Shown here one piece after another: positions 52,068-64,000 of a stretch of 64,000 bases of DNA (positions within the stretch are counted from its first letter, which is position 1; each line of letters starts with the position of its first letter). This stretch comes from Rebecca billardiae RCC1528 (taxonomy: Eukaryota > Protista > Haptophyta): contig OZ251245.1 of NCBI GenBank assembly GCA_965240325.2, positions 372,001 through 436,000 of the forward strand, read 5' to 3'. The notes beneath the pieces were generated by a model. It had not been told where the DNA came from and searched no databases. It worked only from the letters and a program-made list of their open reading frames with translations. The position numbers and the translations under genes are program-made.

Positions 52068-54593
52068 TCAGTACTCGCCATCCTCCATCGCCCACTGCCG
52101 CTCCTGCGCGGCGCGCTTTGCGCGCTGCGCCTGCAGCTTGCGCTTGTGCACGAACGGATCGCCGAACGGCCAGAACTCGTAGCGCTCCGGGTAGTACTTG
52201 CGCCAGATCTCCTCCTGCAGCGACTGCTTGTGCTCCTCGTCCTCCTCCTCCGAGTCGTCCTCGCCGCCTCTGCCCGCCTTGACGTCGACACCCTCGTCAT
52301 ACGCCGCGCGCTTGTTGCCATCGGAGAGGACGTCGAAAGCCTTGGCGATGCGCTGGAACGCGGCGGTCGACTCGGTGCCGGCGCGGTCCGGGTGGAACTT
52401 GAGGGAGCGCAGGCGGTACGCGGTCTTGATCTGCTTCTCCGTCGCGTCGACCGTCACGCCGAGCACCACGTAGTGGTCGGGCTCGCGCGCGATCGACTCG
52501 ACGTCGTCGAGCGACGGCGCGGCCGACGGCGGCGCTGGCTCCGAGCGGTGCCGGCCGTGGGCGTGCGCGGCGCGCGCCGGCTTGCCGCCGTCGACGCGGC
52601 GCTGGGCGGCGTGCGCGCGCAGCAGCCACTCGGGCAGCTTCGCCCAGCCCCGGTCCACGCGGTACAGCGCCTCGAACGCCGCGATCGCCTCCTCCGGCCG
52701 CGCCGCCTCGAGCAGGCAGACACCCTTCCGGAAGAGGGCGCGGCAAAAGCGAGGCAGCAGCGCGAGCGCGCGGTCGCACGCGGCCACCGCGTCGGCGGGC
52801 TTGCCCTCGCGGCGGAGGCACGCGGCGATGTTGGCGTGGAGCGCGGCGCGGCGGTGGCGGTCGTCGCGCGCGCCCGCGTCCACGCACTCGAGCGCCGCGC
52901 CGTACGCCTTGGAAGCTTCGCCGAAGCTTCCGCGCTCGTACAGGCCCTCGGCGCGCTCCTGCCATTTCGCGGAACTTTCCTCGGCGCGCAGCATGATGGC
53001 GGCGAGCTCGCGCGCCCAGGCGGAGTCGGCGAGCTCGGCGCCCGGGGCGGCGGAGGGCGGCGCCGCGGCGCGCGCGAGCTCCGCCTCCGCCTCCGCGCGC
53101 CGGCCCACGCGCAGCAGGCAGCGCGCGTGCGCGAGCGCCGCCGCGGGCGCGCGCGGATACCCGGCTTTCAGCGCGCGCGCCGATTCCAGCGCCGCGCCGT
53201 CGCGCCCGGCCTTGAGGTGGGAGAGCACGATGGCGGCGCGGAGGCGCAGCGCGTCGTCCGCGCCGCCGTGCGCGCGCGCGCCCGTCAGCTTGCGCCGCGT
53301 CTCCGCCGCCTCCTCGTCCTTGAGAACCTTCTCCAAAGCTGCGAAGCCGTTGGCCGACTCCCGCACTGACACCTGCGACGCCGCGGCGCGCGCGGCCGCG
53401 GCCGCGCGCGCGCCGAGCGCGCCGTGCCTGACGAGCGCGTCGGGCGCGAGGGCGGCGCGCGCGGGCGCGGCGGCGCTCGGCGCGTCGCTCGCCGGCGCGG
53501 CCGCGGCCTCGCCCTTCGCCTCGAGCGCCGCGCGCAGCGCGCTCGCCGCCGACGTCGCATGCTCCCACTGTCCCTTGGTGCTCACCCCGTCGCGCTGAGC
53601 GGCGCGCAGCGCGGCCTCGAGCGCCGCGGGCGGCGCGACGGTGCCGCCGACGCCGAACCCGTCGGCGCGCGGGCGCGGCGCGCGGCCGCCGGCGGGCGGC
53701 GCGTCAAGCCCGAGGTCCGCGCGCGTGAGGCCGAGCACGCGCAGCTGGCGCGACGTCTCGTCTTCTTGCGGCGCCGCGCCGCCGCCCGTTGCTGCCTTGC
53801 CGCCCTTGGCGCCGGCCGCGCCGGCGGCGCCGTCAGAGTCCGCCGCCGCGCCGGCCGGCTTGGGAGGCGCGGAGGCGAGGTTGACGATGCGCGGCTGGAT
53901 CAGCTTCCCGCTGAACGGCTTGGCGAGCCGGATCCCCTGCCGGCCGTCCTCAGTGACCGGCGTAAGCACGATGCCGCGCGTGCCGTTGTACTGCGGAGTG
54001 GCCACGAGCCCCGAGACCGTCACCTCGGCGCCGACGGGGAGCGCGTGCGTGTGCGCCGCGGCCGCGACGCGCAGCTGCTCCGCCTCCGCCTCGGGCGAGA
54101 GCGGCGCGGCGGCGGGGGCGTCCGCGTCGGCGGCGGGGGGCGCGGCGGGCTGCGGCGCGGCGGGCTCGCCGCCGAGGCGCGGAATGAACGGCGCGTCGAG
54201 GAACGCCCCGGCCAGCCGGTGTCCGACGCGGCGCGGCGCGCCGTCGCCGGCGGCGGAGGGCTCGGCGGGCTTGTCGTCGTCCGCGCACGCGACCTCCTCG
54301 CGCTCGCCCTCGATCAGCGTGCCCTCCAGGTGGACGCAGTCGGCATCCTCGAGCTTGCGCAGCGGTAGCTCCATGCCGTCCGCGCCGCCGCGCGTGAGCT
54401 GCACCCACAGCTGTGCGCGCGCGCCCGCCGCGTAGTCGGCGTTCAGGTACCGGCCTCGCGCGCGCCGGCGGCGGCCGCCGCCGCGGCCGCCACCGCCGCG
54501 GCGGCTGCTGAAGAGGCCGCCGAAGCCGCCGTAGAAGTCGTCGTCCAGCTCCTCCGCCGCCGAGTCGGAGCCGCCCCAGCCGTCGTCGCCGTC

Positions 54594-54624
<31 letters not shown>

Positions 54625-55648
54625 CCGTCCTCGTCGTCGTACTCGTCGTCGAGGCCCTCCCAGTTGGGCGCCGCGCCGCCCGCGCCGTCGTCCAGCGCGC
54701 CCGTGCCGAGCTCGTCGAGCGCGACGGGCTTCGCGGGGTCGTCCAGCCGCAGCCACTGCGCGCCGTCCGCCGCCTGCCGTAGCTCGAGCCCGCGGACAAA
54801 CTCACCGCGCGCGCGCGTGCACGCGACCGGCGCGTTGGGCGAGGGCGCGACGCGCACGAGGAGCTTCTCGGAGACCACCTCATACGTCCACCGGTCGGTC
54901 GCGAACGCGCCCTCGAGCGAGGTGAGCGCGGGCGGGCCGACGGCGTCGCCCTTGCCCGAGACCGCCTCGTCGCACCGCTTCTGGTGGTACCACGCGCCCG
55001 CGTGCAGGTCGGAGAGGATCCCCTGGTCCAGGATGGCGATCACCTGGCGGGTTGGGGCGGGGGCAAGCGGGGGATGAGCGGGAGTGGCCGTGGCGGGGGG
55101 GGAAGGGGGAGCACGGGGATCGCGATCACCTGCCAAGGCAGCTCCTCCTCGTCGTCGTCCTTGGCCTTCTCCACCGCGCCCGCCGCGCCGCCGGGGCCGC
55201 GCGGCCAGGCGGACGCGCCGCCGGGGCCATGCACGCCGGATTGCTTGTGCACGTGCTTCCAGCGCACGCCCGCGCCGGGCACGATCGTGTCGCCCACGTG
55301 GCTGAAGCGGTCGACTTTGTCCGCGTCGACGATCAGCCAGTTGCGCTCCGGCTCGGGCGCCCACGCGGGCAGGTCCTCGTCGGCGTCCTCCTCCTTCTCG
55401 GGGCGCTCCTGCGCGAGCATCATCGTCCACGTGTGGTTGAGCGAGTGCTCGTAGTACAGCAGGATGTCGCCGTCCTCGCGCACGCGGCCGCGCGGCCGGT
55501 TCTTGCGCACGTACACGCCGTTCATCTTCTTGAGCGTGCTGCCGGCGATGAAGAAGCCGAGCGGCGGCTCGTCGACGTAGCAGGTGCCACGCGAGCGCTG
55601 CCGCCGGCCCTGGCCCTCGGGCACGAGCATGTTCGTCTGGCTCAGCAT
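52068..55648 (-). CDS. TPR + J-domain co-chaperone (DnaJC7-like C-terminus) with extra N-terminal domains, 2 exons (~1,164 aa)
   Basis: TPR helices (AEGLYERGSFGEASKAY, LHANIAACL, ALFRKGVCL) and J domain DHYVVLGV..AYRLRSLKFHPDR..FQRIAKAFDVLSD. Intron 55129-55044. Confidence 0.9.
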
Positions 55649-55935
55649 CGCGGACGCTCGGGCGTTGCCTCGGCGGGGGGCGCTGGAAGGCAGGGCGGGC
55701 AAACGCGTCGAGCGCGGGTGGCCGCTCTGCGCGTGCGCGGCCCGACTTTGCTGTACACAGCAGCGCGTGCGCGGGTACTTACTTGGTTACTGTCCAAGTG
55801 GCGAGCGGCCTGGGCGGACGAGTCCGGAACCACTGCGCGCACGCGATCAGCTTGAGTCAGCTTGCCCGGCTCGGCAGCGGCGTGCACCGCCTGCGTGGGC
55901 CAGTCGCCGTCGGCACGCGGCGCGACATGGCTGGC

Positions 55936-58134
55936 TCAGAAGCGGTCCGCCTCGAGAAAGCGCGCGACGTACTCCTCAAGCACGCCGGGCTTCTCGAGCG
56001 GCAGCTCGCCCAGCTCGGCCTCCGCCTCCGCCTCAGCGGTGGCGGCGGCGGCGGCGGCCGCTGCGGAGGCGGAGGCGGCAGGTGGGGCGGCGGCTGGCGG
56101 CGGCGGAGGCGCGCCGGGCGGCGCCGCGCCCTCGGCCGCGATCACGGTCCGTGCCGCCTGCTGCGGCGCGCGCAAGTCGCCCGAGTCGCCCACCTGCTCG
56201 AGCCCGCTCAGCTCGAAGCCGCGCGGCGGCCCCTCCGCCTCGGCGCGCGCCGCCCACGCCTCCGCGCGCCGCCTGAGATCCACGGCCGAGCCGTCAGGGC
56301 CCGGCGCGCCCCAGTGCGTACGCGAGAAGCGGCGGCGCGCGCGCTCGGACTGGGGCTCGGCGGGCTCGTCGTCCCCGCCGAAGCGCTCGTCCAGGGCCTG
56401 CAGGATCGGCAGCGGCACCACGCCGTCCGCGCCTGGCGAGTCGGCCTGCTCCGTGACGGCGGAGTCCTGTGCGCGCGCTGACCGCACGCGCGCGGCGCGG
56501 CGGCGCCGTCGGCGCGCGCGCTCGGCATCGGCCGCGGCGGCGGAGGCGTCGTCGGGCGGTGCCGCGTCGGCGTCGGGCGCGGCGTGCTCCGCCCACGCCT
56601 CCTCCGCCCACTCCTCCTCCTCCTCCTCCTCCTCCAGCTCCGCCGTCACGCCGTACACCGCCGGCCGATCCCGTGGGTCAAACGGTCGGAGCAGGTCCGG
56701 CTGAGACGCACCCCAGCCGACGGCCGAGTGTAGCGGTAGCGACCCCGCGGCCGTGGCGGCGTAGTGGGTGGCGGCCGGGCGCAGGCGGAGGCGGGCGAGG
56801 AGGCGCGCGCCGGGCGTGCGTGCCGCCCACGCGTACACCCGCCCGCGCCCGCGCCGCGCGCCGCTGTCCAGCGTCGGCCGGAAGCAGCGGCGCCGCCAGT
56901 CGCAGCCGCCGACCGCCACGAGATCGGCACAGCACGCATACGCGGCCGATCCGAAACTGCATGCGCTCAGCGCCGGGCCGAGGAGCGGGTGCGCGAGGCG
57001 CGCGCCGAGGCGCGCGGGCGGCGCGCGCGCGAGGCCCGCCCACACGCCCCCGCGCGACACCGCCAGCGCGCCCGCAGCGCACTGCGCGAGGCCGAGCACG
57101 GCAAGAGCGCCCGCCGCGCCGCGCCACGCTCCAAACAGGCGGCCGACGCGGCCGCGCGCCGCGGCCGCCGCGTCGTCGGCCAGGTCGAGCCACCAGCACA
57201 GCGCGCTGAGCGTGAGCAGCTCGCGCAGCGCGAGGACGAGGACGAGCTGCGCGCTCGCGCTCCGCGCCGCCGCCGCCGCCGCCGCGCCGCCGCCGCCGAG
57301 TGCGCCCGCCACCGCCGCACCGCTCGGCGGCGCCGCCGCAGTCGCAACCGCCGCGCACGCGAGCGCGCGCGCGCCAAGCGCCGCGCACAGCAGAGAGCCG
57401 GCGGCCTGCACGAGGAGCGCGTCGGCGAGCATGAGCGGGATCGCGTCCCGAGGCTCGCGCAGCCAGATGTCGCGGCGCCAGAGGCAGCCGGCGAGCAGCG
57501 CGGGCGCGAGCGCGGCGTGCAGCACAGCGCGCGCCCGCTCGCCAGCCACAAGCACCAGGGGTGCCGCGCGCGACGCGGCCTGCGCCGTCGCGCGCGCGCC
57601 GACGGCGTGCAGCGCGCACGAGGCGGCGAGCGCGGCGAGCGCGCCCAGCGCGAGCCTCGACACGCGCCGGGCGCGCGCGCGCCGCGCCGCGTCGCGCTCG
57701 GCCGCGTCGCAGAGCTCGCGGATGCGCGCGCTCGCATCGGACTCGCGACGATCAGCTTCCGCGCCCTCGTCCTCGTCGACGTCGTCGTCGTCGTCGTCGT
57801 CGACGATGCGAATGATGGGCGGCAGCTTGCCAGTCGCCTCGAGCGAGTCTGACGCCTCGTCCAGCTCGTCGAGCATGCCCTCCGGGAGCATCGCGCCCGA
57901 GAGCTCGATGCCGCGCCACACGACGACGTCTCGGTCGGTCGCGCGCTCCACCCAGCCGCGGAGCAGGCTGTCGGAGAGGGCTCGGCCGAGCTCGCGCGGG
58001 CCGGGTGGGCGCGGGAGCCATGCCAATCGGCGCTGGCGCAGGTGGGCACGCAGGGGTAGCCGCGAGCTCGCGGCAGGCCGCACGTGCGCCGCGAGCACAG
58101 CCAGCATGACCAGCCGCTTGGGGGAGGGCGCCAT
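55936..58134 (-). CDS. Hypothetical membrane protein with N-terminal signal/transit-like leader
   Basis: Long coding-like ORF, hydrophobic leader and several TM-like segments. No recognisable family. Confidence 0.6.
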   Translation of the reverse strand: MAPSPKRLVMLAVLAAHVRPAASSRLPLRAHLRQRRLAWLPRPPGPRELGRALSDSLLRGWVERATDRDVVVWRGIELSGAMLPEGMLDELDEASDSLEATGKLPPIIRIVDDDDDDDVDEDEGAEADRRESDASARIRELCDAAERDAARRARARRVSRLALGALAALAASCALHAVGARATAQAASRAAPLVLVAGERARAVLHAALAPALLAGCLWRRDIWLREPRDAIPLMLADALLVQAAGSLLCAALGARALACAAVATAAAPPSGAAVAGALGGGGAAAAAAARSASAQLVLVLALRELLTLSALCWWLDLADDAAAAARGRVGRLFGAWRGAAGALAVLGLAQCAAGALAVSRGGVWAGLARAPPARLGARLAHPLLGPALSACSFGSAAYACCADLVAVGGCDWRRRCFRPTLDSGARRGRGRVYAWAARTPGARLLARLRLRPAATHYAATAAGSLPLHSAVGWGASQPDLLRPFDPRDRPAVYGVTAELEEEEEEEEWAEEAWAEHAAPDADAAPPDDASAAAADAERARRRRRRAARVRSARAQDSAVTEQADSPGADGVVPLPILQALDERFGGDDEPAEPQSERARRRFSRTHWGAPGPDGSAVDLRRRAEAWAARAEAEGPPRGFELSGLEQVGDSGDLRAPQQAARTVIAAEGAAPPGAPPPPPAAAPPAASASAAAAAAAATAEAEAEAELGELPLEKPGVLEEYVARFLEADRF

Positions 58135-58470
58135 CGTGCCAGGCTACTTGCTTCGTGTTCGTCAAGAGAATTCTGTTGGCGGCACTCCGAGCCGGGCCTT
58201 CGAAGCGGCAATAATTCCGGCGGGATGCAATCGCGAGAAACTACGCGGTACCGGTACTACGACGCTCCGGTGTACTTGTACGGGAACGTTCAGTCCGTCT
58301 CCACCATCACAATCTTGTCAATCTAAAACCCAACCGATGCGAACAACAAAACTGAGTTGGGCGGGCGGGGTAACGAATCGTCGCCTTTCGACGTCCGAAC
58401 TCCGAAGGCGTCAACTCGTCGGTTTTATTATTTGCGGCCGCCTCGGCAACGTACACGTCGAGAAGAGAGC

Positions 58471-61400
58471 ATGGAGGAGAGGGGGCGCCGCGCACGCGTG
58501 GCCCCTGATGAGGGCTCTTCCGCTGCGGCCGCGGCCGCGGCGGAGGAGGGGCACTCGCCAGGCGCGGAGTCCATCACCCCCGCCCCCGACGCCGCCGCCG
58601 CGGACGACCTGCCCGCGCTCGACACCGAGCCGCTCGAGCTCACGTGGTACGGCCGTTTCCAGCACGCGGCCAACGAGCGCGAGTACCGCGACGTGGAGCT
58701 GTCGGCGCACTTCTGCCGGCGCGGGATGGGGATGTCTGGGCTGCTCGTCTTGTTGGGCGTGATCATCATCACCGCGGACGCGCTCCGCAACTCGCAGCAG
58801 AACGTAGGCTGGCTCATCGTCACCGTGCGCTCGAGCATGATCATTGCCATTCACATCATCGCGCTCGCTGGCTTCGGGCTCGCGCGCGCGGGCGAGCTGT
58901 CGCACGCGCGGGCGCAGCAGTGCGCGGCGGTGTGGCTCTGCGCGTTCCTCTCGCTCATGGTCTTCTTCACGCGCGGTCGCGCCGTCTGGCTCGTCACGGG
59001 CATCGAGGACTCGACGACGCTCGGCATCGACCCGCGCTCCTTTCAGGCCGAGGCGATGATGACGTCGGCCGTGCTGATCACGTCGGGGCTGTACGTGCCG
59101 ATGGACGTGGTGTGGTTCCACGTCGTCCTCATCTGGGGCGCGGGCTCCCTCCTCGCCGGCGCCTTCGTGCCGCCCTCCCCCTCGGCCGCATCGTCGCAGG
59201 TGGACGTGCAAGACGTGATCGCACTCGTCGTCGTCTTCGGCGTCATCTCGTGGGCGGTGCGCACGCGCGCGGCGACGGAGCGCGGGCAGTGGTGGTTCCG
59301 GCGCACGGTCGCGCGCTCGGCCGCGCAGCGCCGCGCCGCGGCGGACGCCGAGCTCGAGCTGCGCGTGCGCGCCACCGCCGCCGAGCTCGCGACGCAGGCG
59401 CGCGCGCGGCTCATCCGCATCGTGATGCACGACCTGCGCAGCCCGCTGCTGGCGGTGCACCAGCTGGCGAGCGGGCTGGCGGAGCGCGAGGGCTCGACGG
59501 CGCTGGAGGAGGCGGGCGTGCAGCGCGCGATCAACGCGCTCGTCACCTGCGCCTCGCTCATGGAGGGCATCGTCTCCGACATGCTCGACTTCGAGAGAAT
59601 CGACTCGGGACGTTTGATTCTCGTCCGGCAGCCCTTCACGCCGGCCAAGCTGATTGATGATGCGCGCGACGCGCTCGGCGCGCTCGCGGGGCGCAAGGGC
59701 GTGGCGCTCGAGTTCGAGGAGGTGCCGCCGGCGCTCGCGGCGACCACGTTCATCGGCGACGCGCGACGCATCCTGCAGTGCCTCGCCAACGGTGTGCGCA
59801 GCACGCGGCGCGCGAGCGCCGAGGCCCGCGCCGGGCGGCGCCGCCCCCGCGCAGCGCGCCGTCTGCGCGCGGGGCGGGCAGCGGGGGCCGCGCGCGCGGG
59901 CAGGGTGGAGCGGGCATGTGGGCCATGGGCGGTGTGCACGTGGCCGGGCGCGCGCGCCCGCTCGCCCGAACCCTCGGCTGCAGGCCGTCGGCCCGCCCTC
60001 GCCGCCGCGCGCCGCGCTCGGCCGCGCGCTCGCTGCGCGCGCGCGCGCTGCGGGGTGCGCACGCGCGCGCGCGCTCATCCCGTTGAACCAACCCTCTCCG
60101 CGTGCCGGCGCGCTGCGTACGCCCGCCCTCCCCCTCCGCGTGCCGCTCCTCCTCCCCCCCCGGGCGCAGGCGTGTCGAACGCCGTGAAGTTCGTCGAGCC
60201 CGCGGGCGGGCGCGTGGTCGTGCGCGTGTGGGAGTCGGCGCACCCGAGCCCGCCGCCCGGCGACCCGACGTGGTCGACGCTCCACGTGTCAGTTGAAGAC
60301 AATGGCATCGGGCTGAACGCGGACGAGCTGGCCGCGCTGGGCGAGGGCGAGCTGTTCAAGCAGGTGGGCCGCGGGCAGATGCAGGGGAGCGGCGGCACCG
60401 GCCTCGGCCTCGCCATCGTGCGGTCCATCCTCAAGCAACATGACGAATCCGAGCTCCACCTACACTCGGACGGGCACCGCAAGGGCACCACGTTTGAAAT
60501 GCGGCTGTTCGTGAAGCGAGCCGAGCTCTCGAGGTCGCAGTCGATCTCCGGCTCGCCGTCGACGGCGACGTCCGCGACGCGCTCGGCGCCGCCGTCCGCG
60601 CCGAGCTCCGGCCAGCTCCCCTCGCGCCGGCTGCCGGGCGCGCGCGGCATGCCTACGCGCCTCTCGCGCGGTGTCTACTCGGCCGGCTCGGCCGTCGCGC
60701 CGCCGGGCGGGCCGCTGTGGGACGCCGCCGAGCGAGTCGAGGAGTTGCCGGAGGACCGGGAGTCGGCGAGCGAGCGCACCGCGAGTGTGAGCAACAGCGG
60801 CGCGTGGAGCCGGGACCACTCGCCCGCGTTCGGCATGCGCGGGGCGGCGGGGCCGCTGGCTGGCGCGGCCGCGAGCGCGGCGCAGCAGCAGCCGCTGCCA
60901 GAGCTGCCCGCGTGGCGCGGCGACGGCGCCGCGCCGCCCGAACTTCCAAATGTGAGCACGGGGCCTCAGCCGCGCGCGCTGCACGTGGAGGACGACATGA
61001 TGCTGCAGCTGACGATCGGCGAGCAGCTGTTCAGGCGCGCGGAGGTGGACTGGGCGACGGCGAACAACGGCGTGGAGGCGCTCGAGGCGGTCAAGGCCGC
61101 GGAGGAGGAGGGGCGGCCCTTCACTTTCATCGTGATGGATAACCAGGTGCGCACGCGCACGCGCACGCGCACGCGCACGCGCACGCGCACGCGCACGCGC
61201 ACGCGCACGCGCACGCGCACGCGCACATGCGCACGCGCATGGGAGAGGCCTGCGCGCCCGCGCCGCGTGAGCACGCGCGGAGGGCAACGCGCCGGCTGGC
61301 GTGCACGCGCGCGCTCCGACAGGCAGCGCAGGAGGTGGGCACCTCGCTGACGCGCGCACCGCGCCCCCTCCGCCCCTGCTGCAGATGCCGCGCATGGGCG

Positions 61401-61618
61401 GCACGCAGTGCGCGGGCACGCTCCGCTCGCGCGGCTTCCGAGGCACCATCGTCGGCGTGACGGGCGACCCGGCCGGCTCGCCCGACCGTGCCGAGTTCGA
61501 GGAGGCCGGGCTGGACGTCTGCCACGACAAGACGAGCGAGGGCATGGCGGCGATCGAGCGGCTGCTGCGCGACCACATCGTGGCGTACGCGTTCGACGGC
61601 GGGCTGCACTGGTCATGA
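58471..61618 (+). CDS. Membrane-bound hybrid sensor histidine kinase with receiver domain, 3 exons (~843 aa)
   Basis: About 6 TM helices. H box MHDLRSPL, N box [12 protein letters not shown] (spliced), G1 VEDNGIG, G2 GTGLGLAI. Receiver LHVEDD..IVMDNQMPRMGG..VTG..K. Exons 58471-59791, 60170-61146 and 61385-61618. Confidence 0.93.
61147..61226 (+). repeat. (GCGCAC)n intronic microsatellite
   Basis: About 13 copies directly after the GT donor of histidine kinase intron 2. Confidence 0.9.
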
Positions 61619-61855
61619 GACCCAAGCTCACTACTGGCCCACTGTGATGAGCGCGTTATTGGACCGTTGCTGGTCGTCAGGTAGCAGCTGGCACTGGAAG
61701 CAGGCTGAGCTCAGGGCCTCGCGCCCGCTGGCAGCGGCTCAGATAGCACGCACCGTCGCCGGAGTCTCGGCGGCTGCCGTCCGGCCGTCCGGGACCGGGG
61801 CCGTCCGGGACCGGGTGGCCCGGGGCGCCCGTCGTCACGTCGCGGGATCTGATGA

Positions 61856-61960
<105 letters not shown>

Positions 61961-62136
61961 AAATAATATATATATACATATTATAATCATTATGACGATC
62001 GATATAGACTATTCGATATATCGTCATCAGTGGCGCGGCCAATCGCGGCGCGGGCGTCGTCGAGCAGTAGGAATAGTACGCCGACTCGGCCTCGGGCTGC
62101 TCGGCAGTGCTGCGCGACTGCTGCGGCCGTGCCTTG

Positions 62137-63090
62137 TCACTGACGCGAGGGTGGCCGCCCAAGCAGCCGGTCGATGACCGGGTCGATCCGACGTCGGATC
62201 GCGCGGCGCATCGAGTCCTTCGCCGCGCGCCAGAGCATGCTGCCAATCAGCCCGCTCGCCTGCCGCATCGCCTGCCGCGCCGCCTCCTGCTGCTGCCGCA
62301 TCGCCGCCTCCGTCTCCGGATCCATGGAGGCGCGCCGCGCGCCGCCGCCGCCGCCGCCGCCAAAGCCAAACGGCCCACTATCAAAGCCACTTTTACCAGC
62401 GCCGAGCACCTGCTCGTGCACCTCGACGTGCGTCTTGCCGTCCGGCCCGACGGTGCGCGTGGTCGTGCGCACCACGCGCTCGCCCTTCTCGTTGGTGGTC
62501 ATCTCCTGCATGACCGACTTGGCCGTGCCGCCGCCAAAGCCGCCGCCGTGCCCTCCAAAGCCCCTGGGCCCGGCGCCGAAGCCGCCGCGGCCGGAACGCT
62601 GCTGTCGCTCCATCTCGCGCATGAGGTTGTCGATGTTCCCAAAGTGCGAGCCGAAGATCTCCTCGAACATCCGCCGAGCCTCCTCGTCGCTCGCGAAGCC
62701 GCCGCCGCGGCCGAACGGGTGACCGCCCGAACCGCCGCGGCCGCCGCCGCCAAAGCCGCGCCCCTCGCCAAAGGGCGTGCGCGCGCCGCCGCCGCCGCCG
62801 CCGCCTTCGGACAAGGTGCGGTACGCCTCGCTGATCTCCTTGAACTTCTCCGACGCCTTCTCGTCACCCGGGTTCCGGTCTGGGTGATACTTGAGCGCCA
62901 GCTTGCGGTACGCCGACTTGAGCTCGTCCGCGCTCGCGCCGGGCTTGACGCCGAGCACAGCGTACGGCGAGCGCGTGGAGCTGAGCGCGCGGATCGGCGC
63001 GAGCAGGCGCGGGCGCTCGGCGCTCACGGCGTGCGCCCTCGGGGCCCGCAGCCGGAGCGCACCCGGCGCGCGTGAGAGGAAGCGCAGCAT
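62137..63090 (-). CDS. J-domain (DnaJ/Hsp40 class II-like) protein with mitochondrial-type presequence
   Basis: Leader [15 protein letters not shown]; J domain [32 protein letters not shown]; G/F-rich region. Confidence 0.92.
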   Translation of the reverse strand: MLRFLSRAPGALRLRAPRAHAVSAERPRLLAPIRALSSTRSPYAVLGVKPGASADELKSAYRKLALKYHPDRNPGDEKASEKFKEISEAYRTLSEGGGGGGGARTPFGEGRGFGGGGRGGSGGHPFGRGGGFASDEEARRMFEEIFGSHFGNIDNLMREMERQQRSGRGGFGAGPRGFGGHGGGFGGGTAKSVMQEMTTNEKGERVVRTTTRTVGPDGKTHVEVHEQVLGAGKSGFDSGPFGFGGGGGGGARRASMDPETEAAMRQQQEAARQAMRQASGLIGSMLWRAAKDSMRRAIRRRIDPVIDRLLGRPPSRQ

Positions 63091-63223
63091 ATGTTCGTGC
63101 GTCTGGCGGACGTCGCGGCCCGTGGCGTGCGCTGCTCTGGATCCAGGATGGCTGCCCGCGCTTTTTTGAAAGCGGGAGGGAAGTCGGCGGCGCTCTCGAC
63201 CGGCTTGGGCCTCCTCGGCTGCG

Positions 63224-64000
63224 ATGGCGCCGAGCTGGGCGCCGTCGAGCAACGCGTACACGCCGAGCAAGGCGGCGCCGAGCGCGCTGCCCGGCACGCG
63301 GCGCGGGCCGCCGCCGACGGTGACGCGTCCCGACCTCTTCCCCAAGTCGGCCGACCAGGCGGACCTCCTGCGCACCACGAAGAAGGGCACGCTGTGGACG
63401 GACCCCGACTTCCCGCCGACCAACGCGTCGCTGTTCGGCAAGAGCGGCAAGGGCTCGAGCGGCATGGCGAAGGTGAGCGCGTGGCTCCGGCCAGATGAGT
63501 TCGCGCCGCTGCAGCCCGGCGAGACGCACCGCCTCGTGTACGGCGACGCCGCCGCGGGCGACGTCGTGCAGGGCGGGCTTGGGGATTGCTATCTGCTCGG
63601 CGCGCTCTCGACGGCGGCGGCGAGCCACGTGGACGGGTACTCGCGGCTGAAGCAGAACGTGCTCCCGTCGGACGGCGAGTCGTTCGCCGACCCGCCCGAG
63701 TGGCGCGAGCGCGGCTTCTTCACCTTCCGCTTCTACATCTTCGGCGAGTGGGTGCAGGTGAGCGTCGACACGCTGATTCCGTGCGGCGCGGACCGCCGCC
63801 CGGCGTTCGCGCGCTGCGTCGACCCGCGCGAGCTGTGGGTGCTGTACCTGGAGAAGGCGTACGCCAAGCTGCACGGCTCGTACGCGGCGATCGAGGGCGG
63901 CTCGCTCACCGCCGCGCTCGTCGACCTCACCGGCGGCTTTGCCGAGGAGATCGACCTTCGCTCGCCGAGCGCGCGCGCCGAGGTCGAATCTGGCCGGCTG
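63224..64000 (+). CDS. Calpain-family cysteine protease (5' part, runs off the window)
   Basis: [12 protein letters not shown], catalytic [40 protein letters not shown] and DLTGG. Confidence 0.93.
   Translation, partial: MAPSWAPSSNAYTPSKAAPSALPGTRRGPPPTVTRPDLFPKSADQADLLRTTKKGTLWTDPDFPPTNASLFGKSGKGSSGMAKVSAWLRPDEFAPLQPGETHRLVYGDAAAGDVVQGGLGDCYLLGALSTAAASHVDGYSRLKQNVLPSDGESFADPPEWRERGFFTFRFYIFGEWVQVSVDTLIPCGADRRPAFARCVDPRELWVLYLEKAYAKLHGSYAAIEGGSLTAALVDLTGGFAEEIDLRSPSARAEVESGRL

Overview
Very GC-rich eukaryotic nuclear DNA with GT-AG introns, (TA)n microsatellites and a telomere-like CCCTAA tract. Composition and gene style suggest a haptophyte alga (Pavlovales/Diacronema-like); this is inference only. 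About 21 protein-coding genes are supported. They include an NHL-repeat protein, a nucleotide-sugar transporter, a Sel1 protein, organellar uS13, an EF-hand protein, a ~2,500-aa Pro-rich LamG surface protein, an anoctamin, an inverted pair of HAD phosphatases, a MYND-finger protein, a sulfotransferase, two J-domain proteins, a hybrid histidine kinase and a calpain. Many sit in tight head-to-head pairs. Most long ORFs in the supplied track are GC-driven shadow frames. Main highlights: (1) a single ORF fusing a 2OG-Fe(II)-oxygenase-like domain, a Cys-rich linker, a Ctr copper transporter and a cytosolic HMA domain; (2) an unrecognised Cys/His-rich N-terminal module shared by two otherwise unrelated secreted or anchored proteins; (3) a dense set of mobile elements: two TA-flanked CACAGT-ended TIR elements, a PIF/Harbinger-like element, a Helentron-like element, a Helitron Rep relic beside the sulfotransferase and a tRNA-derived SINE; (4) an intron bounded by a 16-nt direct repeat, a possible recent intron gain.
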